From Callorhinchus milii (lineage: Eukaryota): DNA of 64,000 nucleotides. The stretch covers positions 34,660,001-34,724,000 of the forward strand of contig NW_024704742.1 of assembly GCF_018977255.1 (NCBI RefSeq), read 5' to 3'. A program made the translations under genes and the position numbers. Below are positions 51,301 to 64,000 of the stretch, one piece after another (positions within the stretch are counted from its first letter, which is position 1; the number at the start of each line of letters is the position of its first letter). The notes under the pieces were generated by a model. The model had not been told where the DNA came from. It was given only the letters and a program-made list of their open reading frames with translations, and did not search any database.

Positions 51301-52904
51301 GGTGAGAATGCGGGCGTCAGAGTTTTGAATAATCTGGATTTTATGGATGGTAGTGGATGGGAGACCAGCGAGGAGGGCATGAGAGTAGTCCAGCCGAGAG
51401 GTGACAAAGGCATGGACCAGGGTTTCAGCGGCTTTCAGAGAGAGGTATTGGTGGAGACAGGTGATGCGTTGGAGGTGGAAGAAAGCGGTGCTGATGAGGG
51501 ACCGGATGTAGGAGAGGCAGGATAATTGGGGGTCAAACCTGATGCCTAGGTTGCATACGGGTTCGGAGAGTTTTAGGAGCAGGTCGGGTAGGTGGAGAAG
51601 GTGAGAACCGTGAGATTTTAGATGTTGACGAGAGCCAAAAAGTATGGCTTCTGTCTTGTCAACGTTCAGCTGAAGGAAATTTGCGCTCATCCAGCTCCTG
51701 ATGTCTGACAGGCAGGCTGACAGAACATCAGGGGACTGGGGGTCGCAAAGAGAGGTGGAAAATAGAGTTGGTTGTCATCTGCAAACATGTGGAAAAGTAT
51801 CCTATGTCTGCGGATGACATCCCCAAGTGGGAGCATGTAGATCAGAAAGAGGAATGGGCCAAGGATGGATCCTTGGGGTACCCCGCAGGTAATCGGGTGA
51901 GAGCGGGAGGAGAAGCCGTTTGTGCAGATGTGCTGCTGGCAGTTTGTGAGGTAGGACTCGAACCTGGGATGCCCTTCACAAGATAGATTCAATTAAAGAA
52001 GATGTTTCGGTTTGTTTAATCTGATCTTTCCAGACTGCCACCTTACCATCCTTCCATCATCGCATCAAGCATCATTTTAATAAATCCACCATCCTGGACT
52101 CAACCATCTTTTTTTCGTAAACTATTCCAATTTTTTTTATATATAGTGTCCAACAGCAACAACAAAATTACAGGCTCCACTGGCGCCCTATCGCCAAATA
52201 GATCGATTTCAATATCCTCACACTCGTTTTCAAATCCCTTCCTGCACTGGCATCTCCCTACCTCTCCAACCTGCTTCCCCACAACCCACCTCCTCTGCTC
52301 AGCTGGCTCAGGCCTTGTGCATGTCACTCGTGCCCTCCGTTCCACCATAGGTGGCCATGCTTTCAGCCATTACGCCCTGAAACTCTGGAACACTCTTCCT
52401 CTATCCCTCCACCTTGGCCCCTTCACCATCTTCAGGTCGCGCCTGAAGACCTTCCTCTTCGACCGTCCCTACGGTTACCTCTCCCTCACCCCGGCTCTGC
52501 CTCTGTCAAGCACTCTGGGACCCTACCCTGCTGAGGGACACACATAAATGCAAGTTGTTGTTGTATAGTGCCTATCACATCGCACTGGATGTTATTATTA
52601 GTGGAGTCCTGTAGCTCAGTGGTTAGAGCACTCGCTTTGCAAGCAAGAGACCTGAGTTCAATTCCAGGCAGGGCGAAACCTTGGGCAAGTTTCCTTACTC
52701 CACACGCCTAATAATAATCCCTCCAAAAAACCAAAAACAATAATTAAATTGGTCATTTTCAATCTACGACTGTTTGTGGGACATTGCTGTGCGCAATTGG
52801 CTGCCGCGTTCGCCCAAATATACAGTCAATTCACTTTACAGTGTGTTCTGTGAAGCGCTTTGGGACGTCCTCCTGACGTGAAAAGCGCTATATCAAATGC
52901 AAGG

Positions 52905-52945
<41 letters not shown>

Positions 52946-55900
52946 GTCCGATTATGTCTCTAATATTCTCATTTGCCTCTCTGCTCCTGGTCTGGCCTCT
53001 TCTTGTTGGGGTGCAGTTCCAGAGGCACTGGTCTTCCTCTGGTACTCCACTGTAAAGGGGGTCACAGCTGAGCCTGACCTCTTCCCATTCAACTGCCCCC
53101 CCACACACGCACACACACACCAGTAGAGAGTGCTATAGAGGGACCAGAAGCTGGCTGGTTTTCCCCGCCCTCACTCTGGGATCAAATTAACCTCCCTATC
53201 GAACAACAACAACAACTTGCATTTATATAGCACCCCCTCAAGCAGGGTAGTGTCTCATGCAGTTTCAGGACACCAGGATTCAAACCAGTCCATGCTGCTC
53301 TACTCACAACACCATCAGGAATATCTCAGTCCTCATTTTAGCTGGTAATTACTCTTTCTGTAAATAAGTATTTCCTAGTGTCTGTCTTGAAATTGTTCCT
53401 TGTAAACTGAACTTGTACCCTCTTGTTCTGCTGTTTCAGCGCATGCAAAAGTGCTGTTGTAGCATTACTTTCCCAATCTCTTTTAAAATCTATTTAATAA
53501 CAATCTTTGCATTTAATACATCACTTATCACTTTGTTGCCTCTAACGGTTTCTCCTCCAGCCCCCGCACTGTCACATCTGGCGGCCCCCAGGGCTCTGTC
53601 CTTGGCCCTCTCCTCTTTAATATCTACATGCTCCCCCTTGGTGACATCATCCGCAGACATGGGGTCAACTTCCATATATATGCGGATGACACCAACTCTA
53701 TCTTTCTGCCTCCACCCTCAACTCCAGGACCACTGCTGTCCTGACAGACTGTCTGTCGGACATCAAGTCCTGAATGAGGGCAAATTTCCTACAGTTGAAT
53801 ATGAACAAGACTGAGGCCCTCCTGATTGGCTCACGCCAGCGCCTCAGCACCTCAGGCTCTGGCAACATTAACCTCCATGGTTGCACACTTCAACTCACCA
53901 GCCAGTCAGGAACCTGGGTGTCTTGTTCGACCCTCAACTATCTTTTCTTCCCCACATCCAAGCCATGACCCGCTCTGACTTCCCTCACCTCCGTAACATC
54001 GCCCGACTCCGCCACTACCTCACCCCTCAGGCCAGTGAAACTCTTGTTCATGCCGTCATCACCTCCAGGCTCGACTATGCAAACGCCCTGGTTGTCGGCC
54101 TTCCCAACTCCTCCCTCCACAGGCTGCAGATAATCCAGAACTCTGCAGCCCGTGTCCTCTCCCGCACCAAACTCCATGTCCCCATCTCCCCCACTCTCGC
54201 CCGACTCCATTGGCTCCCTATCCTTCAGAGGATACAGTTCAAGATCCTGGTCCTCACTTACAAAGCCCTCCATGGCCTCACCCCACTCTACCTCTGCGAC
54301 CTCCTAACCCCTACCAACCCGCCTGTTCCCTCTACTCAGCCGGCTCTGGCCTGCTCCACATCCGCCGACCCACCCGCCCCACTATTGGCAGGAGAGCCTT
54401 CAGCCACTCTGCCCCCAACCTCTGGAATTCAATCCCCCTCTGCCTCGCCCCCTCCTTAGCCTCCTTCAAGTCCCGCCTCAAAACCCTCCTCTTCGACCAT
54501 GCCATCGGTCAACCCCCTTCCCCTCCCCTCCCTTCTCCCTCCCTGACTCCAGCTCGGGTCTGAAATGCTGTACACTGTCCAGTGCCTTGGGACGTCCTCC
54601 CGATGTGAAAGGCGCTATACAAATGGAAATCTTGTTGTTGTTATCAAGTCATCCAAATGTCTCAAATTATTTCACAAGAATTATTGTAAAGGCTATGAGT
54701 GTCTATTTGTAGACAAACATAGCAATCGATTTGCACAAAGCAATGTTTCTCAAACAACCAGGAAGTTAATAATCATTTTATCTGTGGGATTGTCGACCAA
54801 GAAACCAGAGAAACTCCTTTCTCTCTTTGAATGTACCTCTATCAGGTCCCCTCTAAGAATAACTTTCAAGATTGAAGAGCTTTCAAGATTGCTCATAGCT
54901 CATGATCATCCTCATTGCTCTCCTCTGCACTGTTCTCGTACCTGGGCAGTCACTTTTACTACCGTGACCAGAACTATGTGCAGTACTCTAGGTGCAGCTT
55001 GACAAGATCACTCTTCAGCTTGTGTAGGACTTGTGGGCATCTGAACTGAACTACTATAGCAATATAGCCCAGCATCCCTTTCACCTGATTCATTGCCTCT
55101 TCACACTGTTTTGACATGGCTAGCGAGGCATCAATTAACACTCTTAGGTCTCTTTAAGCTTCCCATTTGGTCAAGATCTATTCCATCTATAGAGTATATG
55201 TTGTTCTTATTTCCTACATGCTTAATGGTTATCTACATGGTTGAGGTTAGCTTTCTCATTGCAGACTGAGGATCAAGCATGGATCTGTCTATGGCTCTCA
55301 AGTACTCATTAAATGAACTAACGCGCTGAGATATGATGAAATTTCCCTGAGTAGGTGTTCCTGCTTTGATCTGTTCACAGAGTGTTGTAGATTTGGCAGA
55401 ATATGCCAAGAAGTCTCTATTAGGAAATGGCATTTGCTCCAATTATAGCCACCACTATATCCACACAGAAGGGGAAATAAAGAAATACAGGCCCTCATCT
55501 GCTCCATGACTCCCTGCATAAACCTATATTCTGGAGGAGAGAATGTATGAGCCAAGGTCATCCTATTTGAACCTCATTAAACCTGACATCTCTTGTAAGC
55601 CATGGTTTGTTTAATGCCCAGGCCACAAACTAATACAATATCTACCTCAAAGACTTAATGAGTGCAAGTTACAATCTTGGTCATGGTTTTCTGGTTTTCC
55701 ATGTTGGCTAATCCTTGCATTCTGCAATATATCCAATTATCTGTCTGGTGGTCACAGTATCTATATCAATTAATATAGAATTGACCCACAATGCAATTAA
55801 GCGTTGGCTTGGCTCAATTGGTAGCACCGTCACCTCTGCATCAGGGGGTTGTAGGTTCAAGTCCTGTGTTGGGGACTTTGAGCTCATGATCTAGGCTGAC

Positions 55901-58900
55901 ACAACAGTTCACTGTTGGGTTAGTACTGCATTGCTGAAGTTGGTATCCTTTGAATGAGACAATAATGCCAAGGATTCGTCTGCCAGTTCAGATGGACATT
56001 AAGGATCCCATGATACAATTCAAAAAGAGAAACCAGTTTCTCCTGATGTCCTGGCCAATGATCCTCTAGTTAATTGGTCATTCACTTCATGGCTGTTTGT
56101 GGAACATTGCTGTGTTAAACTTAATAATAATAATCCTTGCATTTGATATAGCGCTTTTCACGTCAAGAGGACGTCCCAAAGCGCTTCACAGAACACACTG
56201 TAAAGTGAATTGACTGTATATTTGTGGGCGAACGCGGCAGCCAATTGCGCACAGCAATGTCCCACAAACAGTCATAGATTGAAAATGACCAATTTATTAT
56301 TGGTTTTGGTTTTTTGGAGGGATTATTATTAGGCGTGTGGAGTAAGGAAACTTGCCCAAGGTTTCGCCCTGCCTGGAATTGAACTTAGGTCTCTCGCTTG
56401 CAAAGCGAGCGCTCTTACCACTGAGCTACAAGACTCCACATCAAATGATGATGATCAACTTGGTCATCAAATGCAACTACCAATGCAGTCACTACAATTT
56501 ACACCATGCAGAAAAATCTGTAAAGTGCTTTGAGATAATTCAGCATGATAAGGTGCAATATCAAATGTAAGGATTGTTATTTATTTGAATGAATCATCAA
56601 ACTCTTCAAGCATGCCAAGCATATTAAGGGTGTCAGGCTGGTCCAGTTGGAAGTACTCTCGCCTGAGTCAGAATTTTGTGGGTTGAGACTTGGAACTCAT
56701 GGACCAAGCGTCATGACACTCCAATGCAATTCTGAAGGTGTGCTGCATTGTTGGAGTTTCTCCCAGTGTCCTGGCCAACGATCCACCAAATAAAAGTGGT
56801 CATTCACTTCATGGCTGTTTGTTGGACATTGCTATACACTCTCCCATTCAATCAATAAATATAGCTTGACTTTTGCTGGTGTCACAAGATCAAGATCTTG
56901 ACTTACCTAGGATGACTCTGAACATTGTGTTCCTTGAGTAAGCAGGCCAGAGGTCCAGCAGGTCAGACGGCAGTGTGGTTAGTTTGTTGCTCGATATATC
57001 TAGGTGGGTGATGTTTTTGAGGTATCGAGCTGCCTCAGCAGGAATAGTTGCCAGCCTGTTATTGTGCAAGTAAAATGTTCGAAGATGTGGCATTTCCTGT
57101 AGCGAATCCCAAGGAAAGCTTGATAGCGTGTTTCCATCCAAACGCAATTCATGTACTTGTTTTAAATTGTAAAAGCTGCGAGGGTTTATGGTGCTGATGG
57201 CATTGTATGTTAGCCAGAGATACTTTAAATCCACAAGGTAATAAAATGCTTCACGTGGGAGCTGTCTAACAACAGTTTTTTCAACACAAAGTTTGACGGT
57301 GTCCACTGGAACATTGACAGGAATTTCAGACATATCCGGGTCATTGCACACTACAGACCTATGAAAACAAAAGACAAGCGTCCATTTTTCTTGAAGTTTC
57401 TCTTTCCTTATTTCCTGTACATTATTCAAATTTTTGGAGTCAGACGGAAATCGGATGCGTGCATAAATCCATCATCATGCTTAAGAGTATCCAAACCAGA
57501 CGGAGAGTTTCATATATGCACCTAAACATGGGAATTCCCGTGACATTATTTAACTAGTGATAACATTTTGGCAAGAGGTAAACTGAAGTTGAGTTGGGAT
57601 CCAAGGTGACATGCAGGTCAGCTTGGAGTCCAATGTGCACTCAGTGATCCTGAACATCAAGAGGTTCCATATTTTAAATGCCCATGTTTTGAAAGGAAAT
57701 AGGTCTTTGATGTTTAGAGTGGAAATGACATATTTTATTATATTTTTATGCTTCTATATTGATCAGCTTTTGGAGTAGGTTTATTAAAAAATAGAGGCAC
57801 TACACACCACAGTAATTCCTGTGAAGCGTTTTGAGATGCCCCTTTGAAATAAAAGGCGCAATATCAAATGTGAGGATTGCTATTATTATTATGTATTTGT
57901 GGCTTTGCCCATTTATATTCATTCAAGTGATTAATTAGGTTGACAATAATTTTCATCCATCATTCTTAGATGCTGAAAACAAGATTTTTAGTATGTAATA
58001 TCACAGTGAAGATTATTTCTGCACATGCTGTGAGTTCAACCTGTCTCAGCTGCAATGTGTTTTCTCCTTTCATGCTTTTCCTTTTTCAGTTAATGCAGCA
58101 TATTTTGAGTTGTAAATTGGTTTATTTTAATGTTTAATAAAAACAAATACCACGTTCAGTGGCAGAGCTTGTGGGAGCTCCTGGGTGCTGTGTTATGAAA
58201 AGACAGGACCTGTCTTTGCCCAGTGGTTCACAGCAACAAGGAATTAAAGTTAATGGTCTCGTCATGCAATCATCTGACAGTGTGGAACATAGGTCAGACA
58301 CTTACTCAGTGGAAGGGAAGATTGGGTGAGGGGGAGGGAGAAGAAGAGATCAATCTAATCTCCACACCCACCCTCTCAGATTGATTATGAAGGATTGATT
58401 ACGGGGCATCTTGGCTTGGAAAGATTTTGAAAGAGGAGAAAAGAGATGAGAAAAAAAAGTTTTAAAAATTCTGGATCAAAAGAAATTGAAGTAGAATTTA
58501 ATTGAAGCCTTTCTCTTTGAACAGTAAAGCTCTCAATGTTTTACTTATTTTGGTAAACATGTTGAAAGCAAAGACTTAATAATAATAATAATCCTTGCAT
58601 TTGATATAGTGCCTTATCATGTCGTTGAGACGTCTCAAAGTGCTTAACAGAATATACTGTAAAGTTAATTGACTGTATATTTTGTAGGTGAAACTTTTCC
58701 CAAGTTGCCCTGTCAATATATAAGTTTCCCAAGTTTCATTGGTGAGTTTGGTTAAGAGCACTTCATGTTTGAGTGGCTGAATTTCAACAGATTTGTTTTT
58801 AGTTTTTAAGGCCAAATCTTGAATAATGCTTTTAAGGATTTCAGTTTGCTGATGATGATGCTTGTGAGATGCTCCACGTTGAGCAAAGAACTTATAAAAG

Positions 58901-60086
58901 TTACTTATACACAGCATGGCACTCCTTCTTGATCTCCTCCATTCATTCAAAGAGGGGAAAGGAACACTGAGAGATAAGATGGTTATCAGGCTTCTGTTAA
59001 AACAATTCATGAATGTTAGACTGTTAGATAGATTGAATGATAGATTGAATGTTAGACAGATAGATGTTAAATTGTTAGATAGATTGTAGGAATCTGGTAG
59101 GAAGATGGGTCAATGCTCTATTCCTGCCTGAAATTGTTACTATGGTGTGTATAATGTTTAAGGAAGAGAGAAAGTCAATTCAGTGGGAAACAATGTCACA
59201 AGGCTACAAAATCATAAGTTACATGTATATTTAAGTTTATAATAAAAAAAATACAAAAATCTAGAAGGTGATATACACACTTGTAAAAATGCATCATTTT
59301 TATAAACTACAAGAAATGGGACATTTTAATGCAGATTTACAAGATTAATTAATATTCATAATTCATGATTTAAGAATCATCTAAAGATTGTTAGGAGATA
59401 ATTGGTGTTGTCACTTCTGGATAACCATACTCTATGCTGAATGTAGGACACTGTAGAATTTTGTTATAAATCGCAGTGAGATGTAAATCTGGTTGACAAT
59501 ATAACACTCACAACAAGCAGACATTCTGAAAAAGATTTTCGGCATCCCTCATCCTGTATTCCAAGTCTAATTATCTGCCGCACATGTATGATACAGTAAA
59601 ACAATACGGTCCTCACAATACATCTCGGATATCAGAATATATTGCTTCTACCTTGCTGGCATCAAGTGCTAATAACAGCTGAAACCCATTGAAATTTATG
59701 CATTTTGTAGCTGATTTTTTTTAACGTAAGTCACATTTGGCTTCTGAAGAAAATTTAAATACTGTATATACTCACTTTACTTAACAACACCAAGACTATA
59801 CATTATGTAGCAACAGGAGGGAACATAAAAGAATGATTCTATTCACAACCTTATTCACAGAAATGGATTGAATATGCATTTTGGATCACAATTTGTGTTG
59901 CAGTGTGTTTTACTTATTCTTGTTGAGCCATAACAGTATTTCTTCACATGTTTCATTTTAATAGACTTACCTCGTGCCACTGCCATCACTTCTGCCGTGG
60001 TAAATACAGGTGCACTGGGAAGGGCAAAAAGAAGAAACATTTGCTAGAAAAGTGACCAACATGCAAAGAACAGCAAGCAGATACAT
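47326..60086 (-). CDS. LRIT3: Leucine-rich repeat, Ig-like and transmembrane domain protein 3 gene; 4 coding exons; about 639 aa if the 1-bp frameshift at ~48355 is corrected
   Basis: Signal peptide, LRRNT, LRRs, LRRCT, Ig, FN3, TM and C-terminal ...SEYFC; exon sizes 116/452/306; immediately upstream of EGF. Confidence 0.95.
48405..48590 (-). mobile_element. SINE family A 3' half, 35 bp upstream of the LRIT3 exon 4 acceptor
   Basis: aataataatccttgcatttgatgtagcgccttatcacg...gcagccaattgtgcacagcagtgtcccac. Confidence 0.8.
48830..49135 (-). CDS. LRIT3: LRIT3 exon 3 (LRRCT and Ig start), 306 bp
   Basis: tttag|CT...ACCG|gtaatt; [14 protein letters not shown]...[31 protein letters not shown]. Confidence 0.96.
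49535..50160 (-). mobile_element. L2 LINE 3' fragment
   Basis: [15 protein letters not shown]...[15 protein letters not shown]...[10 protein letters not shown]. Confidence 0.9.
50836..51965 (-). mobile_element. L2 LINE fragment, second subfamily
   Basis: [30 protein letters not shown]; tail aagcgctctgagatgccgtccgacgtagagggcgctatataaatccaag(ttg)n. Confidence 0.9.
52170..52563 (+). mobile_element. L2 LINE 3' fragment
   Basis: [10 protein letters not shown]...[17 protein letters not shown]...RLKTFLF. Confidence 0.8.
52603..52945 (+). mobile_element. Full-length young SINE family A with expanded (TTA)n tail
   Basis: A box TAGCTCAGTGG; anticodon-like arm CTCGC-TTTGCAA-GCAAG; B box GAGTTCAATTCC; about 13 TTA units. 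Confidence 0.92.
53530..54640 (+). mobile_element. L2 LINE fragment
   Basis: RT motifs ([18 protein letters not shown]) through to the (TTG)n tail. Confidence 0.9.
54845..55620 (-). mobile_element. Degraded CR1-like LINE fragment
   Basis: cctcattgctctcctctgcac...gaccagaactatgtgcagtactctagg...gcccagcatccc is the reverse of typical CR1 ORF2 C-terminal sequence. Confidence 0.55.
56122..56437 (-). mobile_element. Full-length young SINE family A nested in a family B SINE
   Basis: Near-identical to 52603-52945 in opposite orientation; flanked by the head (55805) and tail (~56460-56580) of the older SINE. Confidence 0.88.
56907..57358 (-). CDS. LRIT3: LRIT3 exon 2 (leucine-rich repeats), 452 bp
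   Basis: ttcatag|G...CTAG|gtaagt; [23 protein letters not shown]...[13 protein letters not shown]...[12 protein letters not shown]. Confidence 0.96.
59971..60086 (-). CDS. LRIT3: LRIT3 exon 1 (signal peptide and LRRNT), 116 bp
   Basis: [38 protein letters not shown]; donor AG|gtaagt. Confidence 0.95.
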
Positions 60087-60184
60087 GGTTCAACGTCAAT
60101 AAAACTAAGCAAAAATAAGGCTTTTAGTCCTGAGTTTCCGTTTGCCTTCTACTGAGAACATGGCGGAATCAATTTAAGACTAGA

Positions 60185-60200
60185 AGATTATATGAGATTA
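60185..60200 (-). promoter_or_regulatory. Two TAATCT (CRX/OTX-type) motifs about 100 bp upstream of the LRIT3 ATG
   Basis: AGATTA at 60185-60190 and 60195-60200; LRIT3 is a retinal gene; short motifs, so weak evidence. Confidence 0.3.
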
Positions 60201-61629
60201 GCTGAGATTTGTAGTTCATGTAACCTTCAGGCCTCCCTTGGAGATCTTAGATTTCAGTCAAATGGTACTTAGCGAGGTATTGTTTCATTGCTTTGCAACA
60301 AATATCTTAAGTTGGTTGAATGGTTAATGGTTACTATACTATTTATTTGTATTAATAATTTTGCAGTACGGTGGAATTGAAATCTCACCACTAAGTTATT
60401 CAAAATAAAGTTGCTGTTTATCTGTTCTAAAAGCTCTAATTTAAACCACGAGATAGTGTGTTCTGAGAAAAAATCCAACATACATGTTGGTTTGCATACA
60501 TAGTCAGAATTATTTGGGAAAATTCAACATCTCTTACTTTCTAAATTCAATATTTCTGATTATCTGCAGAAAACAAAGGCAAAACAAGCCTCTTCCCTAC
60601 AATATATGCAAATTGTTTTAAACCATACAGCTCATAAATACTGTACAATATGCAGTTAAAGAGACTCCACTCTAAACATAGGGACTGGACCGATTAAAAT
60701 ACAGTTTGAAGCACCTCTCTAACGCTCTTTCAAAGTGGTCTATTCAGCTGAGCATGATAGCATTAGTAGTTTATAAACAATATAAAGCTAACTGAAATAT
60801 GGATATGAAATGCCAATATAAGAGCCTGTTTCCCATACAAAATAAATTAAAACCTTGGAGAGTAAAATTAAAACTATAAATATAGATGGTTTACAAATGA
60901 TAAATATAGCTTTGTTCAGTTGGTAGCACTCTTGCTTGTGGGTCAGCTATTTGTGTACAAGTTCATGAAAGGATTTAAGATCATAAGCTGACACAGGGGA
61001 GTGCTGCATTGTCGAAGGTGCCATCCTTAAGAATGAGATGCTGTCTGCAGAGTTGGAAGTTAAAGATCCCATGACATAGTTCGACACTATTTGATAAGAA
61101 CGAAACAGGTTTCCTGGCTAACAATCCTTCAGATTAATTGCCTAGTGGCACCTCACTGATAAAACTATTAATTGTTGCATTTTATATGGCACCCATCACT
61201 TCAGGTCATCTCAAAGCATTTTACAGGACTTACTGAAAAGCGTAATATTTTGTTTGCAAATGTGGCAGTCAATTTTGTGCACTCTTAACGTTCCACAAAC
61301 AGCACAAAGTGAATGGACTAATTTTATCTGGTTCCAGATCGGTCAGGACACTGGGAGAAACTCCCTTCTCTTAATGAATAATGCCGTAGAATCTTTAACA
61401 TGTACTTGAACAAACAAGGAACACCTCCAACAATGCGCTGCTTGTTGGAGTATCTGGATAACCACACTTACTTGTTCTTATTGAAGCAATTGCAAAAATT
61501 CTTCATTATTTTATAAACACAAAACCAAATTCAATTTATGTCACAGCTCTGCCCTCTGCTGGTAAGAGAGTTCAGTTAATTCTGACACTGTATCTGTAAA
61601 TGGAAATGTCACACTAATATTTTGCTGTC

Positions 61630-62120
61630 TTCCAGAGTTTGGGGGCGTAGTGGCTGAAAGCGCGATCTCTGATGGTGGGGCGGAGGGTGCGAGAGATGAG
61701 CAGGAGCACCGAGTGATGGATTGGGGAGTGAGGAGGTTGGAGAGGTAGGGAGGTGCCAGGGAGTGAATGGATTTGAACACGAGTGTGAGGATCTTGAAGT
61801 AGATCCACTCAGTGATGGGGAGCCAGTGGAGCCTGGCCAGAACTGGTGAGGTGTGGGTACAGAGTTTGGCCCGGGTCAGTATGCGGGCGACAGAGCTCTG
61901 AATGAGCTGGATCTTGTAAATGGTGGAGCTGGGGAGACCGGTGAGAAGTGTATTGGAGTAATCCAAGTGACATGTAACAAATGTATGCACGAGAGTTTTG
62001 GCTGCATTTGGGGTAAGGTACGGTCAGAGGTGGGCAATGTGGCGAGTTGTAAAAGGGCGGTCCTGGTTAGGGACTGAATGTGGGGGAGAAAGGACAGCTG
62101 GAGGTCGAACCAGACGCCTA
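61630..62120 (-). mobile_element. L2 LINE fragment
   Basis: HTFVTCHLDYSNTLL...RLHWLPITEWIYFKIL. Confidence 0.85.
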
Positions 62121-63714
62121 GTAATAATATTGTGCACTGGTAATAATATTTCACACTTTAATAATAAAATTTATAATATTCCTTACAATTGATACAGCTG
62201 CTAACATCGGGAGGACGTTTCTGAGCGCTCCGAGACGTTACCCTGCGTGAAGGGTGCAAGTTGTTGTTGTTGTCTCAAAGTACTTCATGGGATACACTGT
62301 GTATCTTGTAAGCAAGATTATTGATTGGTAATGTTGTAACAGATTCAATATGTTAATTGACATGTCAGTTTTTACCACCAGCCCAGCTAAAGTATTTCCA
62401 CTGATAAACCTCATGGCACCTTTCGCAGTTTGTCCACCATTACCTTTAATAACAAAGATTGAAGTAACATTTTCTGGAGTGCAGAATAGGGTATGAAGCC
62501 AACATAATGAAGCGCTAACTTTCAAGTGAAGAGGCCAGAATTTCACATTTTATTTGTTTGACAACATGATTTTTGAAACACACAAAACAAAATGTATATG
62601 AAAAACATTGCTTGAACAATACTTATCAAGAGGTGCACTTTATAAAATGTTTAATTGAAATAGGAATAAAGCAGAGCTATCTACACTTGGACTAAAATAT
62701 CAAGTTATATTGAACGATACAGCCATTCAGCCCAACTTCTCCATGTTGGATAAACATGTTGATCTTACGCTTGTATGTTGCACTGATTCAGATCACTAAG
62801 ACTCCTTTATTATAACTTGACAGCTATTTTGTTTCCAATTAAGAAACATAATTGACTATTCAAGGCACAAGGAGCAAGCTCTGAGAGCCAATGCAGACTC
62901 GATGGGCCAAATGGCCTTCTTCTTCTGCGCTGTACATTTCTGTGATTTTATCATTCTATATTATCAAGGTTGAAAAGGGTAGAGAAGATGAAATAATTGT
63001 AGAAGAAGTGAAAACTTGAAACCTTCTGCATTTTAGTGTTTCACTGTGTTAAATCACCTAGTGTCAGAAGTGCTGCCCTTTTGATGAGACATTAAGCCAA
63101 GGTCCTATCTGCCTGTTCTTCAGGTTGGTTAAAGATCCCATGGCATTGTTTGGATGGACACATAAGAGACATGAGGAAACAGAAGCTACCAGACATTACA
63201 ACAGTGGTTCATTGTAAAGCAGATAGGATTTTTTTTAGATAAATGTTCTAAAGTTACAGAACAGGAATGATAGAGAAATGCTTTTGCCAAAGTAAAATTA
63301 TGGGCTTGGATTGCATACGTGGTTGTCTGCAACACACAATGCAATCAACAAAAGGGGTAGAGTACTGCACAATAACATCAACTTGCATTTATATAGCCCC
63401 CTTCATGCAGGGTAGTGTCTCAGAACACTTGGCAATGGCAGAGTACGACACCGATTCAGAAGATGGGAGGGACAGACCATAAGCGCAATCAAATAGGGAG
63501 GTCTCCAGGCATGACCTGAAGACAGGGAAGGGGAATGGGGGAAGGGAGGGGCGCACAAGGTGGAGGGATAGAGAAGAGACCTTTCTTTTCGACCGTGCCT
63601 TCGGTCACCTTCTTCCCTCTCCCCCTGGCTCGACTCTGGGATCTGTTATTGTGAAGTGCTCTGAGACACCGTCTGGCATGGAGGGCGCTATATAAATCCA
63701 AGTTGTTGTTCCAG

Positions 63715-64000
63715 TTTCAGGGCGCAGTGGTTGCGGTGACTAGTTTGGTGAGTATGAGGTATAGACCAGGGAGGTTGAGGAGGTCAGAGCCACAGGAGAG
63801 AAGACATTGAGAAGAGCCAAGGAGTATGGCTTCCATCTTATCAACATTCATCAGTAGGAAGTTGTTCGCTCATCCAGAGCCTGATGTCCACCAAACAAGC
63901 TGACAGAACATCAGATGCCCTGAAATCGCAGCTGGAGGAAGAGAAATAGTTTTGTGTGTCATCAGCATACATGTGGAAGTTAACTCTGTATCTGCGGATG
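63715..64000 (-). mobile_element. L2 LINE RT fragment at the window edge, abutting a plus-strand L2 tail (63575-63710)
   Basis: Reverse strand reads [16 protein letters not shown]. Confidence 0.75.

Noticed and set aside
52603..52675. tRNA-Ala(TGC)-like gene
   Set aside because: It is the head of a multi-copy SINE; there is no proper acceptor stem and it runs straight into the SINE body.
60100..64000. RRH (peropsin) exons expected upstream of LRIT3 by synteny
   Set aside because: No opsin-like coding sequence seen; the gene is probably beyond the window, so absence here is not evidence of loss.

Overview
Vertebrate genomic DNA, most likely a cartilaginous fish (chimaera/elephant-shark-like, inferred from the dominant tRNA-SINE/L2-LINE landscape). 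Two minus-strand genes lie in the human 4q25 order. LRIT3 has 4 coding exons (60086 to 47326). The 5' part of the pro-EGF gene has 14 coding exons (37918 to the left window edge), about 668 codons, with GT-AG junctions in phase throughout. Main observations: (1) EGF has an extra in-frame 132-bp exon encoding a calcium-binding EGF module that mammalian pro-EGF lacks, giving an LDL-receptor-like 'EGF-A tail / EGF-B / beta-propeller' order. (2) LRIT3, a night-vision gene, has a 1-bp frameshift at the start of its last exon, which is either gene decay or an assembly indel. (3) A candidate solo LTR with a 4-bp target-site duplication and internal direct repeats sits in an EGF intron, split by a young L2. 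The rest is mostly L2/CR1 fragments and SINEs. Exon coordinates were read from splice sites. Repeat boundaries are approximate. Comparisons to human sequences and repeat consensuses are from memory, not database searches.
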